Assembly: GCA_002418285.1 (NCBI GenBank)
Contig: DIDT01000032.1
Coordinates: 78,737 to 142,736 of the forward strand
DNA length: 64,000 nucleotides
DNA from: Phycisphaerales bacterium UBA5793
GTDB taxonomy: Bacteria; Planctomycetota; Phycisphaerae; Phycisphaerales; UBA5793
Direction: 5' to 3'
Below are positions 54,051 through 62,658 of the stretch, piece by piece. Each line of letters begins with the position of its first letter. Positions within the stretch are counted from its first letter, which is position 1. Made by a program: the position numbers and the translations under genes. The notes below the pieces were generated by a model. It was given only the letters and a program-made list of their open reading frames with translations. It was not told the origin of the DNA and ran no database searches.

Positions 54051-55301
54051 ATGAACCGCAAGTCCACTGCCGCGCCCGCATTTCTGATTCTTCGCATCGG
54101 CCTCGGTCGACCCGCGATCTTGCTCTCTGCGATCGCCGCGTTGGGTTCGTGCAGCAGCGGGCAGAATCCGAGTCCGTCAATGCAGTACAACGCTTCCAAT
54201 GCCCTGCCGCCTCTCGGCGAGCGTCAGGCTTCATCAACTGTCGAGCCAGGCATGGGTGATGCTGCTGATCCCGACCTCCACCTCATGCCGCTCGATCCCT
54301 GGGAGCGATCCAAGCTGGTTCAGGGCGCCAGGCAAAGAGCGATGCAGAACTCCAACGAGATCGCTACGAACGAGACGGCTGTCCCCGAGCCGCACCTCCG
54401 GCCGCCGGTTGTCTGGATCCCGGTCAGGCCGAAGATCGAAGATGAGACGCCAGTCTACTCCGGCCCCGAAAGCAAGTCGCTCGCAGAAGGGGTGATGGGA
54501 CCACCCTCGCCGTTCGCGGGCATGAAGACGACCGACCCGTCACCGACCATCGAGCCGGTCGCCAACACGACGCCTCCCGTGCTGAAGATGGCCGACCTTA
54601 TCGCGCCGCTCAAGAGTCAGCTCGCCATGCAGGCGGCCGATTCGAATTCGCCCCTGCGCGAGCATCTTGTCGCCGCGTCGCTGCTCATGCTCGATGGCCA
54701 GCGCCGCACCGATGCGGCGAGCATTGCCGACCTGACCGATCGTGAGCGCGAAGTACTCACCGCCTACCAGGACTTCTACACCCGCGTAGGTGAATCCCTG
54801 CGCACCGGCGCCGGCGTGGACGCCGTCGTGAAGCAAACCGGAGAGATCGCCTCGACACTGAACTCCGCCGGACAGTTGCGCATCGCCGACTTTCGTTTGT
54901 GCAGCCGCATCGTCAATTTTGGCCTCTACGACGAAATCGCCTCGTACAAGTTTCCGGCCATGCGACCCACGCCGCTGCTCACTTACGTCGAGATCGAAGG
55001 ATTCAAATCGGTGCCCGGCGGCGATGGCAAGTTCGTCACCCGCGTGCGCCATGAACTCGAACTCTACACCGAGCGTGATGGCGAGTTGGTCTACGCCTGG
55101 CCCGCCGCGCCGGCTGAGGACATCTGTGGCAAGGTGCGGCACGACTTCTTCCTGCCCCGCCAGATACAACTGCCTTCCAATCTGACCATGGGTCGTTATC
55201 GACTCAAGGTGCGCATCGTCGACGAGCAGTCACAGAACCAAGCCGAGTCCGTCGTTGCCTTTTCAATCATCGCCGGCGGAGATGTAGCGGTCCAGAAGTG
55301 A
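54051..55301 (+). CDS. Lipoprotein of unknown function (416 aa)
   Basis: Lipobox LLSAIAALGSC followed by a Pro/Ser-rich linker. No family recognised. Confidence 0.65.
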   Translation: MNRKSTAAPAFLILRIGLGRPAILLSAIAALGSCSSGQNPSPSMQYNASNALPPLGERQASSTVEPGMGDAADPDLHLMPLDPWERSKLVQGARQRAMQNSNEIATNETAVPEPHLRPPVVWIPVRPKIEDETPVYSGPESKSLAEGVMGPPSPFAGMKTTDPSPTIEPVANTTPPVLKMADLIAPLKSQLAMQAADSNSPLREHLVAASLLMLDGQRRTDAASIADLTDREREVLTAYQDFYTRVGESLRTGAGVDAVVKQTGEIASTLNSAGQLRIADFRLCSRIVNFGLYDEIASYKFPAMRPTPLLTYVEIEGFKSVPGGDGKFVTRVRHELELYTERDGELVYAWPAAPAEDICGKVRHDFFLPRQIQLPSNLTMGRYRLKVRIVDEQSQNQAESVVAFSIIAGGDVAVQK

Positions 55302-55364
55302 GTCGCTCGGGAGAATGGTGGCCACCGGTCGCGTCGAATGGGCCGGGCTGGATTGTCAGGGGCA

Positions 55365-56048
55365 TTACACGCCGCGCGTCTGAGGGTCCCAGATAATCTT
55401 GTGCAGTTGCGTCTGCAGCCGCACAGGCAGACCATCTTCGAGAATCCACTGCGCCAGATCCGCCAGCGGCAGCGATTGGCAGCCGGCGATCTCCAGTCCG
55501 CGTGGTTGCTCGAACACGCCTGCGAAGATCACCACGCCGGCTCGATTGGTCAGATCGCGCTGTCGCACGACGTCGCGCGACCACTCGTAGTCGGTACGAT
55601 TCACGATCACGAACTTCACTTCATCGCGAGCGTTGAGCTGCTCGATGTTGGACCAGACGTTGCGCTCAACCTCGCCGCTGCCGGGTGTCTTGAAATCGAT
55701 GATTCGAATGACCCGCGGGTCACACCTCGAAATATCACAGGCGCCGCTTGTTTCGATCAGTACCGTTCGGCCCAGATCGCACAGGCGCGTCATCAACTCA
55801 TGCACACCATCCTGCAGGAGCGGCTCGCCTCCCGTGATCTCCACGAGTCGGGCGGGAAACCGACCGACTTGCTCGATAATCGAGTCGATCGACTGCCGCT
55901 CCCCTTGGTGAAAGGCATACTCCGTGTCGCAGTAGCTGCACCGCAGGTGGCACCCCGTCAGCCGCACGAACACGCACGGCAGCCCCACTCGGGACGATTC
56001 GCCCTGGATCGAATGAAAGATCTCGTTGATGCGCAATGTGTCGGACAT
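55365..56048 (-). CDS. queE: 7-carboxy-7-deazaguanine synthase (radical SAM)
   Basis: Start moved to ATG 56048. MSDTLRINEIFHSIQGESSRVGLPCVFVRLTGCHLRCSYCDTEY..., VEITGGEPLLQ. Confidence 0.88.
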   Translation of the reverse strand: MSDTLRINEIFHSIQGESSRVGLPCVFVRLTGCHLRCSYCDTEYAFHQGERQSIDSIIEQVGRFPARLVEITGGEPLLQDGVHELMTRLCDLGRTVLIETSGACDISRCDPRVIRIIDFKTPGSGEVERNVWSNIEQLNARDEVKFVIVNRTDYEWSRDVVRQRDLTNRAGVVIFAGVFEQPRGLEIAGCQSLPLADLAQWILEDGLPVRLQTQLHKIIWDPQTRGV

Positions 56049-56190
56049 TCCAGGCGGAAGGGTAGGAGCATCCAACGCGCTCGAAGAGCTTTGGTGAGGC
56101 CGGGGCAGCCGAATCCCGAAGGGCAGAAGACAAAGCTGACCCCCCAGGCGGCGTGAGAGTCCCGTCTTCGTGGCGATATACTCTCTCGCC

Positions 56191-57060
56191 ATGCCCAGGC
56201 GCGTATTGCTGGTTGCCAATCACGATAGAGCCGAGATTCGAGCCATTCTGCCCGAATTCCGCCAATGGCTTGCCGAGCGTGCGACTATCGCTGGTGAGTT
56301 TGAGGCGATGTCGCGCGACCAGCCACCAACCACCGAAGTCGACCTTGCAGTCGTTCTTGGTGGAGATGGCACGCTGCTGAGCCAGGCACGCCGATTCGTC
56401 AATTACGGCATCCCCCTTTTGGGCGTCAATCTCGGTCGCCTCGGTTTCCTCGCTGAGTTCGACATGACTGGCCTGTTCACTGCATCTCCGGACATCTTCA
56501 GCGATGAGACCAGACTCGTTCTCCACTCGCACATGCTTATCGAGGTTCATGTCTACCCGGAAGATGCGGACATCGAGCAGCCCGCCACGGCTCGCGAGCG
56601 TCACCTCGCTCTGAATGACTGCGTCATCACCGCTGGCCCGCCATTTCGCATGATCGAGCTCTTCCTGACCCTCGACGGCGAGTCAACGCCGTCGGTCCAC
56701 GGCGACGGGCTGATCATCTCGACGCCCATCGGATCCACGGCGTACAGCGTCTCGTCGGGCGGCTCGATTATCGAGCCTCGCCTCGACTGTTTTGCCATCA
56801 CGCCTATCGCTGCCCACAGCCTTGCGTTTCGCCCGATCATAATCTCACCCAAGACCTGCCTGACGGTGACGCTCGAACGCGCCAACGCGGGGACCACCAT
56901 GGTGCTCGACGGCCAGGTCTTTGCCGCCCTGCGCGCCGGCGACCGTGTGGTTATTCGCAAGTACTCGCGCCGTGTTGATTTTGTCGCCAACCCCGGCAAC
57001 AACTATTGGCGAACCCTGACGCGCAAAATGCACTGGGCCGCTCCACCAACATCGAAGTAG
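56191..57060 (+). CDS. nadK: NAD kinase
   Basis: LAVVLGGDGTLL, GVNLGRLGFLAEF, IISTPIGSTAYSVSSGG. Confidence 0.9.
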   Translation: MPRRVLLVANHDRAEIRAILPEFRQWLAERATIAGEFEAMSRDQPPTTEVDLAVVLGGDGTLLSQARRFVNYGIPLLGVNLGRLGFLAEFDMTGLFTASPDIFSDETRLVLHSHMLIEVHVYPEDADIEQPATARERHLALNDCVITAGPPFRMIELFLTLDGESTPSVHGDGLIISTPIGSTAYSVSSGGSIIEPRLDCFAITPIAAHSLAFRPIIISPKTCLTVTLERANAGTTMVLDGQVFAALRAGDRVVIRKYSRRVDFVANPGNNYWRTLTRKMHWAAPPTSK

Positions 57061-57133
57061 TGTCCGAATTCGACTGGTTGCAGGTACGGTCGCCCCTTCC
57101 TGCGCGTCTGCTTCGTCCTACCATGCGCCCGCC

Positions 57134-58522
57134 ATGATTGACCTCAAGCAACTGCGTGAGAGTCCTGACCGTTTCCGCAAAGCCGCTGCCGACAAGGGCG
57201 TAAGCGTCGACATCGATGCACTCCTCGCCCTTGACGCCTCGTTGCGCGAGGCGCAAACCGAACTGCAGAACCTGACCGCCGAGAAGAATCGCATCGGCAA
57301 GGAGATCGGCGCTCTGGCCGGCCGCATCAAGAAAGCCCCGGATGCGGAAAAGCCGGCCTTGGCCCAGGAGATGCAGCGCCTCCAGAGCCGGCCCACCGAG
57401 ATCAAAACCCGCGAAGGCGAATTGACCGGCATTGTCAGCGACCTTGACGCCAAACGGCGCGACGTCTGGTTGCGCATTCCCCAACCCGCTGATCCTGATG
57501 TTCCCGTCGGCCGTGACGCAAGCGACAACGTTGAGATCAGTCGGTGGAACTCGTCGTGGTTCGACACTTCAAGATCTTTTGCCGAGAACAAGGGCTTCGC
57601 GCCGCGCTCGCACGTCGAGATCGGCCAGTCTCTCAATCTCTTCGAGTTCGAGCGTGGCGTCAAAATGGCCGGCTCGCGCAGTTACGTTCTCGTGGGTGAT
57701 GGCATGCGCCTGCACAACGCCGTGCTCCGCTACGCCTTCGACATGATGACCAACGAGCACGATTTCACCGCCCTGAGCGTGCCGGTTCTTGTGCGCGATG
57801 AAGTCATGGTCGGCACCGGCTTCTTCCCCGGCGGTCGCGATCAGGCCTATGAAGTCCGCGAGACCGATCGCGGCGGAGGATACGACCTCTACCTCACCGG
57901 AACGGGCGAAGTCGGACTCATGGGCTACCACCAGGATGAGATTCTGGAGTTTGATCGACTCCCACTGCGCTACACAACGGTCTCGACGTGCTTCCGTCGC
58001 GAAGCCGGCGCTGCGGGCAAGGACACGACCGGCCTCTACCGCATCCACCAGTTCGACAAGGTTGAGCAGGTCGTCATCTGCCGCGCCGACGAGCGGGAAA
58101 GCCGGCAGTGGCACCAGCGGATGATCGGCTTCGTGCAGATGCTGCTGCAGAACCTCGAAATGCCGTATCGCCTGTTGCAGTGCTGCACTGGCGACCTTGG
58201 CACCAAGAATGCCGACATGGTCGACATCGAAACCTGGATGCCCAGTCGCGGCGAGGAAGATGCCAGCGGTTTGCCGCGCGGTGAATACGGCGAAACCCAC
58301 TCCGCGTCGCGACTCTACGACTACCAGTGCCGCCGCCTCAACATTCGCTACCGCGATCCAGAAACGAACAAGCCGGTCGTTTGTCACTCTCTCAACAACA
58401 CGGTTGCCGCGAGTCCGCGACTGCTCATCCCTATTCTCGAACTCTATCAGAACGAGGATGGCTCAATCACGATCCCAACCGTGCTGCAACCCTACATGAA
58501 CGGGCAGCAGCGCATCGGCTGA
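57134..58522 (+). CDS. serS: Seryl-tRNA synthetase
   Basis: MIDLKQLRESPDRF... coiled-coil arm. Class II motifs FRREAGAAGKDTTGLYRIHQFDKVE and ...LNNTVAASPRLLIPILE. Confidence 0.95.
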   Translation: MIDLKQLRESPDRFRKAAADKGVSVDIDALLALDASLREAQTELQNLTAEKNRIGKEIGALAGRIKKAPDAEKPALAQEMQRLQSRPTEIKTREGELTGIVSDLDAKRRDVWLRIPQPADPDVPVGRDASDNVEISRWNSSWFDTSRSFAENKGFAPRSHVEIGQSLNLFEFERGVKMAGSRSYVLVGDGMRLHNAVLRYAFDMMTNEHDFTALSVPVLVRDEVMVGTGFFPGGRDQAYEVRETDRGGGYDLYLTGTGEVGLMGYHQDEILEFDRLPLRYTTVSTCFRREAGAAGKDTTGLYRIHQFDKVEQVVICRADERESRQWHQRMIGFVQMLLQNLEMPYRLLQCCTGDLGTKNADMVDIETWMPSRGEEDASGLPRGEYGETHSASRLYDYQCRRLNIRYRDPETNKPVVCHSLNNTVAASPRLLIPILELYQNEDGSITIPTVLQPYMNGQQRIG

Positions 58523-58583
58523 ACGATCGCTTCGCACGCCGCGCGTGGCCGTTTGGCACGATATCTCACCGACGTGCGAGCGG

Positions 58584-58985
58584 CTACTTCTCGTACCGAC
58601 CGCCCTCGACGCGCTCAAACTCATCCACCGGCCGGTTGTACCAGTACACCCACGCATACGCGGGGGGTCCCTCGTGGGGGCTGGCTATCGCCTGCCGCCG
58701 CACGAAGAGCGAATCGCCCTCATGGCCGGGAAAGTACCCCTCGTACTCGTCGAGCCAAAGCCAGACTTCATCGGGATTGTCCAGCTCGTACAACTCGCCG
58801 TGGATCAGATCACCGTCTTGGGCCGCCTGCAACGCAGCGGGGTAGCGCCCCGTGTCGAAGAGCTGTCCGGGCACTGTGGCCGGCCCGATGAAGGTGGTGT
58901 GCTGGCTGAGCAGATCGGCCATGGGATGGCCGCAGCCGCTGCGCAACGTGCCGTACACGAAGAGATGTCGCGGTTCGGTGGTCAC
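58584..58985 (-). CDS. Gamma-glutamylcyclotransferase (AIG2/GGACT-like) family protein
   Basis: LFVYGTLRSGCGH..., GQLFDTGRYPAAL, IHGELYEL. Confidence 0.85.
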   Translation of the reverse strand: MTTEPRHLFVYGTLRSGCGHPMADLLSQHTTFIGPATVPGQLFDTGRYPAALQAAQDGDLIHGELYELDNPDEVWLWLDEYEGYFPGHEGDSLFVRRQAIASPHEGPPAYAWVYWYNRPVDEFERVEGGRYEK

Positions 58986-59458
58986 TATCGATTGGCCTCG
59001 ATCTCTTTGAGATAGCCGACGAACTCGCGGCGATGCTTCTGCTCATCCGAGAGTAGCGTGATCGCCAGGTCCTGCGTGACGTAGTCCGTTCCTTCGCATG
59101 CCCGGATGATCTCCTCGTAGCCGGCGATCGCCGCTTCTTCAGCCGCGATCACGCCTCTGATCACGGCCACGACATCGGTGCTGCTGCTGGGCGGCTGCAT
59201 CGTTTCCTGTGTCCACTTGAGTTTGAACGAGCCCGGCACCGTCCCGCCGATCACCTTGATGCGATCCGCCAGTTGTTGGGCGTGTCCCAGTTCTGCGGTG
59301 ACGTCGGCCTGGAGCGAAGCCTTGATGTGCTCGGCGCGGATGCCGTCGAGATTCACCGCGTTGGCGAGGTAGTTCATCACCGTCTCGAGTTCGGCGTTGT
59401 ACGATTTCTGCAACAGGTTGATGATCTTCTCATTGGATTCAGTCTTGCTGGGCGCCAT
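58985..59458 (-). CDS. Ferritin-like (bacterioferritin/Dps-type four-helix bundle) protein
   Basis: Start moved to ATG 59458. Di-iron ligand pattern: NAELETVMNY, TAELGHAQQL, AAEEAAIAGY, SDEQKHRREF. Confidence 0.8.
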   Translation of the reverse strand: MAPSKTESNEKIINLLQKSYNAELETVMNYLANAVNLDGIRAEHIKASLQADVTAELGHAQQLADRIKVIGGTVPGSFKLKWTQETMQPPSSSTDVVAVIRGVIAAEEAAIAGYEEIIRACEGTDYVTQDLAITLLSDEQKHRREFVGYLKEIEANR

Positions 59459-59593
59459 CTTCGGTCCTTTCCAATTCGCTTGATGCGGTTGCCATGTATT
59501 CAATGGTAGTGGATCACGCGGAGAAACCACCGGCGATCGCGCGTGATTGGGGTTCAGTGCCCGGTTTTCAACACTCCACGGAGGCCCTCAGTC

Positions 59594-60115
59594 ATGAATC
59601 GCGGTGAAATCCTCGCCAACGGCGTACTCGATAGCAAGGCGCTCTTGAGTCGCTACCTCAATGGGTTTGATGATTCGAATCGCACGACACAAGCGCCAAA
59701 CCTGCCCAATCACCTCGCATGGTGTCTCGGACATTGCGCCCTGACCATGCACCGGGCCGCCGAGAAGATCGATGGTCACCCGCTGCCTGATGGTCAGTTC
59801 ATCCTCAAGGCTGATCGGGGCGATGAACATCGGTTCGGTACCGAGACCGTCTCCTTTGCCTCAACACCAGTGGGTGATCCGGCCGTCTATCCCAGCCTCT
59901 CCCGGTGCGTGGCCATCTTTGACTCGGCGTGCGATCGCATTGCCCTGGCCGCGCGGATGGCCACCGACGCCAAGCTCGACGAGCGAATCAAGTGGGGACC
60001 AGGCGAAACCACCCTCGGATCGCTCGTGCTTCGGATGATCTTCCACAACGGCACCCATTGCGGGCAGATCACTGACCTCCGCCGCGCCCTCAAAATCGGC
60101 TCGATCTTCGCCTAG
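59594..60115 (+). CDS. DinB-superfamily protein
   Basis: ATG 59594 lies after GGAGG. NHLAWCLGHCALTM..., ...IFHNGTHCGQITDLRR (DinB His triad). Confidence 0.8.
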   Translation: MNRGEILANGVLDSKALLSRYLNGFDDSNRTTQAPNLPNHLAWCLGHCALTMHRAAEKIDGHPLPDGQFILKADRGDEHRFGTETVSFASTPVGDPAVYPSLSRCVAIFDSACDRIALAARMATDAKLDERIKWGPGETTLGSLVLRMIFHNGTHCGQITDLRRALKIGSIFA

Positions 60116-60355
60116 AGGACTGGTTTTTCGGCTCTCCTGAGCCGGTGCCCCTGCATCGGTGCCTTCACGTGTCCTACACTTACGCCGACAATCAGAGCCC
60201 CGGGGGCCGCCTCTAGCAGCCGCTCGGTTGGGGGAGGTGGGGGCTGGAGCGGGTTAGTACGATCCACGGCTGGAGCGGCCAGGCAGGGCGGCCATCAATC
60301 TGCACCTCTCTCCCGCCGAGGCATCAGTTGAGCAGTTGACCGAGATGAAGGGTCC

Positions 60356-61225
60356 ATGAAGATGGCGCAGACCAAAACTCCAGCGAAGTCCACCCGCAGC
60401 AAGAGCCGCAAGAGCACCGAGCCGCGCGCCGCGTCCGCACCCGTCGTCGAGACCCGCCCCGTCTCGGTGGCGCGCAATGGCTCCAGTGGCCCCCTCCATT
60501 CTGGCTCTTCCGCAGCCGCTCCCACTTCGCCCGCATTTGACAAGACCATGGCCGATCTCAAGAAAGCCGGCACGGCGCAGAACCGCAAGATCTTTCCGCG
60601 CCATGGCGTCAAGGGGGAGTTCTTCGGCGTGAGCCCGGCGCAGTTGCGCTCCATCACGAAAAAAGTAAAGGTCGACCATGATCTCGCCCGCCAACTCTGG
60701 GCGACCGGCAATCATGATGCGCGCATGCTCGCCACGATGGTCGCCGACCCCATCGCCTTGACCGCCAGCGAACTCGACCAGTGGGTCCGTCAGGTGGATA
60801 ACTACCTCTTGGCCGATTCCTTCTCCGCCCTCGTGGCCCGCAGTCCGCAGGCCGCCAGCCGCATCGACCGCTGGACCCGCTCCAAGCGAGAATTCGAACG
60901 CCGCTGCGGTTTCGGCATCGTCGCCGAGGCGCTCAAGGAAGGCGTGACCATCTACCCCGCGCTGCTCGACGCCGCGATCAATCAGATCGAGCGCGAGATC
61001 CATTCTTCAGCCAATCGCGCCCGCGAAGGCATGAACAACGCACTCATCGCCATCGGCACCTACCGCGATGATCTCCGCGATCGCGCCCTCAACACCGCCA
61101 GCCGCATCGGCAAGGTCGAGGTCGATCAGGGTGAATCAGGTTGTTCGACCCTCGACGCCGTCGAGCAGATCGAAAAAGCGTTCAGCCGCAAGAAGACCAC
61201 ACGCAAGCCCCGCAAGAGCGGCTGA
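60356..61225 (+). CDS. DNA alkylation repair (AlkD-like HEAT-repeat) protein with basic N- and C-terminal tails
   Basis: LKKAGTAQNRKIFPRHGVKGEFFGVSPAQLRSITKKVKVDHDLARQLWATGNHDARMLATMV..., WTRSKREFERRCGF. Tails: MKMAQTKTPAKSTRSKSRKS... and ...RKKTTRKPRKSG. Confidence 0.85.
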   Translation: MKMAQTKTPAKSTRSKSRKSTEPRAASAPVVETRPVSVARNGSSGPLHSGSSAAAPTSPAFDKTMADLKKAGTAQNRKIFPRHGVKGEFFGVSPAQLRSITKKVKVDHDLARQLWATGNHDARMLATMVADPIALTASELDQWVRQVDNYLLADSFSALVARSPQAASRIDRWTRSKREFERRCGFGIVAEALKEGVTIYPALLDAAINQIEREIHSSANRAREGMNNALIAIGTYRDDLRDRALNTASRIGKVEVDQGESGCSTLDAVEQIEKAFSRKKTTRKPRKSG

Positions 61226-61379
61226 TCGTCTCGGCGCGTCTCACCTCGTGTGCCGCGCAGCAACGGAACGAGTTCAGAATCGGAGACCGAATTCGATATT
61301 CCTTGACGGTCTGATCAACAGACCGACGTCAATGCGAAAGCCTGCCGGGGGCGCAAATCCTTCTTGGAGAAGCGAGATA

Positions 61380-62657
61380 ATGGCAGACTTCCAAGCACCG
61401 CGAGCGTTCCTTCTCAACAGTTTCAAACGACTCCACCCAGGTCTGGCCGGCGCCGTACTGATCGCCAGTCTCGCAAACGCCGGCGTGGCTCAGGACACCC
61501 CGGAGGACGGCGATCGCCTCGAGCTCGGCATGCCTGCGCCCGCGTTCACGTTCTCCGACTCAATTCAAGGTCTCGACGACGTCTCACTCGACGCGCTGCG
61601 CGGCAAAGTCGTCGTGCTCGAATTCTGGGCCACTTGGTGCAGCCCGTGCATTCCCGCCCTGCATCACATGGACGAACTGCGCAAGGAACTCGAAGATCAA
61701 CCAATCGAGTTCATCGGCGTCGGCATCGATCCGCCCGAACGCATTCGAAAGTTCCTCGAGCGCGATCACTTCGACCTCACACTGGTCGCGGACGAAGAGG
61801 GACAGTACTACGCCAGGTTCGGCATGCCCACGATCCCCGGCACCGTCATTCTCGATCGCGCCGGACAGATCGCCGCCATCACCCAGCCTGATCGCGTCGA
61901 TCTGGATGTGCTCCGGCGCGTGCTCGATGGTCAGCCAAGTGGCGTCGCCCGCGATGACAGCAAGCGAGCCAACATCGACTGGGCGCCGCAGATCGATGAA
62001 GAGGGGATGGAGACCTACGCCTCAGTCTGCATCGCCGACTGCGATCCGCGCACGCGATCCGGCGGCTCTAAGTTCGTGCCCAACAGCGGCAAGATCAGTG
62101 CCGACGGAATGTATCGCTCCAACCTGCTTCAACTCGCATACGACGTGCCCAGCACGCGGCTCATCGACGGGTTCGGGGAGTGGAATCAATCCGATCCCAA
62201 GTACCGCATTGCCGTCACCGCGCCCGGAGGCGATGATGAACTCGCCCGCCTCATGCTCGCCCGCTCGCTCGAAACCAAATTCGGCTACACCGTCCGTCGC
62301 GAAACGCGCGTCGAGAGTGTCAAAATCCTCCACCGTATCGACGGCAGCGCCAAGGCGCTCGAGCCGTATGACCCCTCGACGGGCGAAACTCGCTCCTTCA
62401 TTGCGTCCGGCGGTGGATCAAGGGCCGTGAATTCCCGCGTCGATCTGCTCCGCATGTGGTGCGAGAACATGGCCGGCAATCCCGTGATCGATGAAACCGG
62501 ATATGCCTCTGACGGTGGATACAACTGGAGTCTCGAATGGGTCGACGGCCCCACATTCCATAAGGCCCTGGCGTCCGTCGGCCTCGAACTGATTGATGAT
62601 GAGCGGCCCATCGAATACGTCATCATCGAGCCCAACGGCACTGCGTCCGATCCATGA
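61380..62657 (+). CDS. TlpA-like periplasmic thioredoxin domain fused to a TIGR03435 (DUF3738)-type C-terminal domain
   Basis: Start moved to ATG 61380, with a signal-like LAGAVLIASLANAGVAQ. The thioredoxin region is VVVLEFWATWCSPCIPAL. The C-terminal half (LLQLAYDVPSTRLIDG...YRIAVTAP...LARSLETKFGYTVRRETRVESVKIL...PVIDETG...YNWSLEW...LASVGLELIDDERPIEYVIIE) resembles the TIGR03435 pattern as I remember it. Confidence 0.8.
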   Translation: MADFQAPRAFLLNSFKRLHPGLAGAVLIASLANAGVAQDTPEDGDRLELGMPAPAFTFSDSIQGLDDVSLDALRGKVVVLEFWATWCSPCIPALHHMDELRKELEDQPIEFIGVGIDPPERIRKFLERDHFDLTLVADEEGQYYARFGMPTIPGTVILDRAGQIAAITQPDRVDLDVLRRVLDGQPSGVARDDSKRANIDWAPQIDEEGMETYASVCIADCDPRTRSGGSKFVPNSGKISADGMYRSNLLQLAYDVPSTRLIDGFGEWNQSDPKYRIAVTAPGGDDELARLMLARSLETKFGYTVRRETRVESVKILHRIDGSAKALEPYDPSTGETRSFIASGGGSRAVNSRVDLLRMWCENMAGNPVIDETGYASDGGYNWSLEWVDGPTFHKALASVGLELIDDERPIEYVIIEPNGTASDP

Positions 62658-62658
62658 T

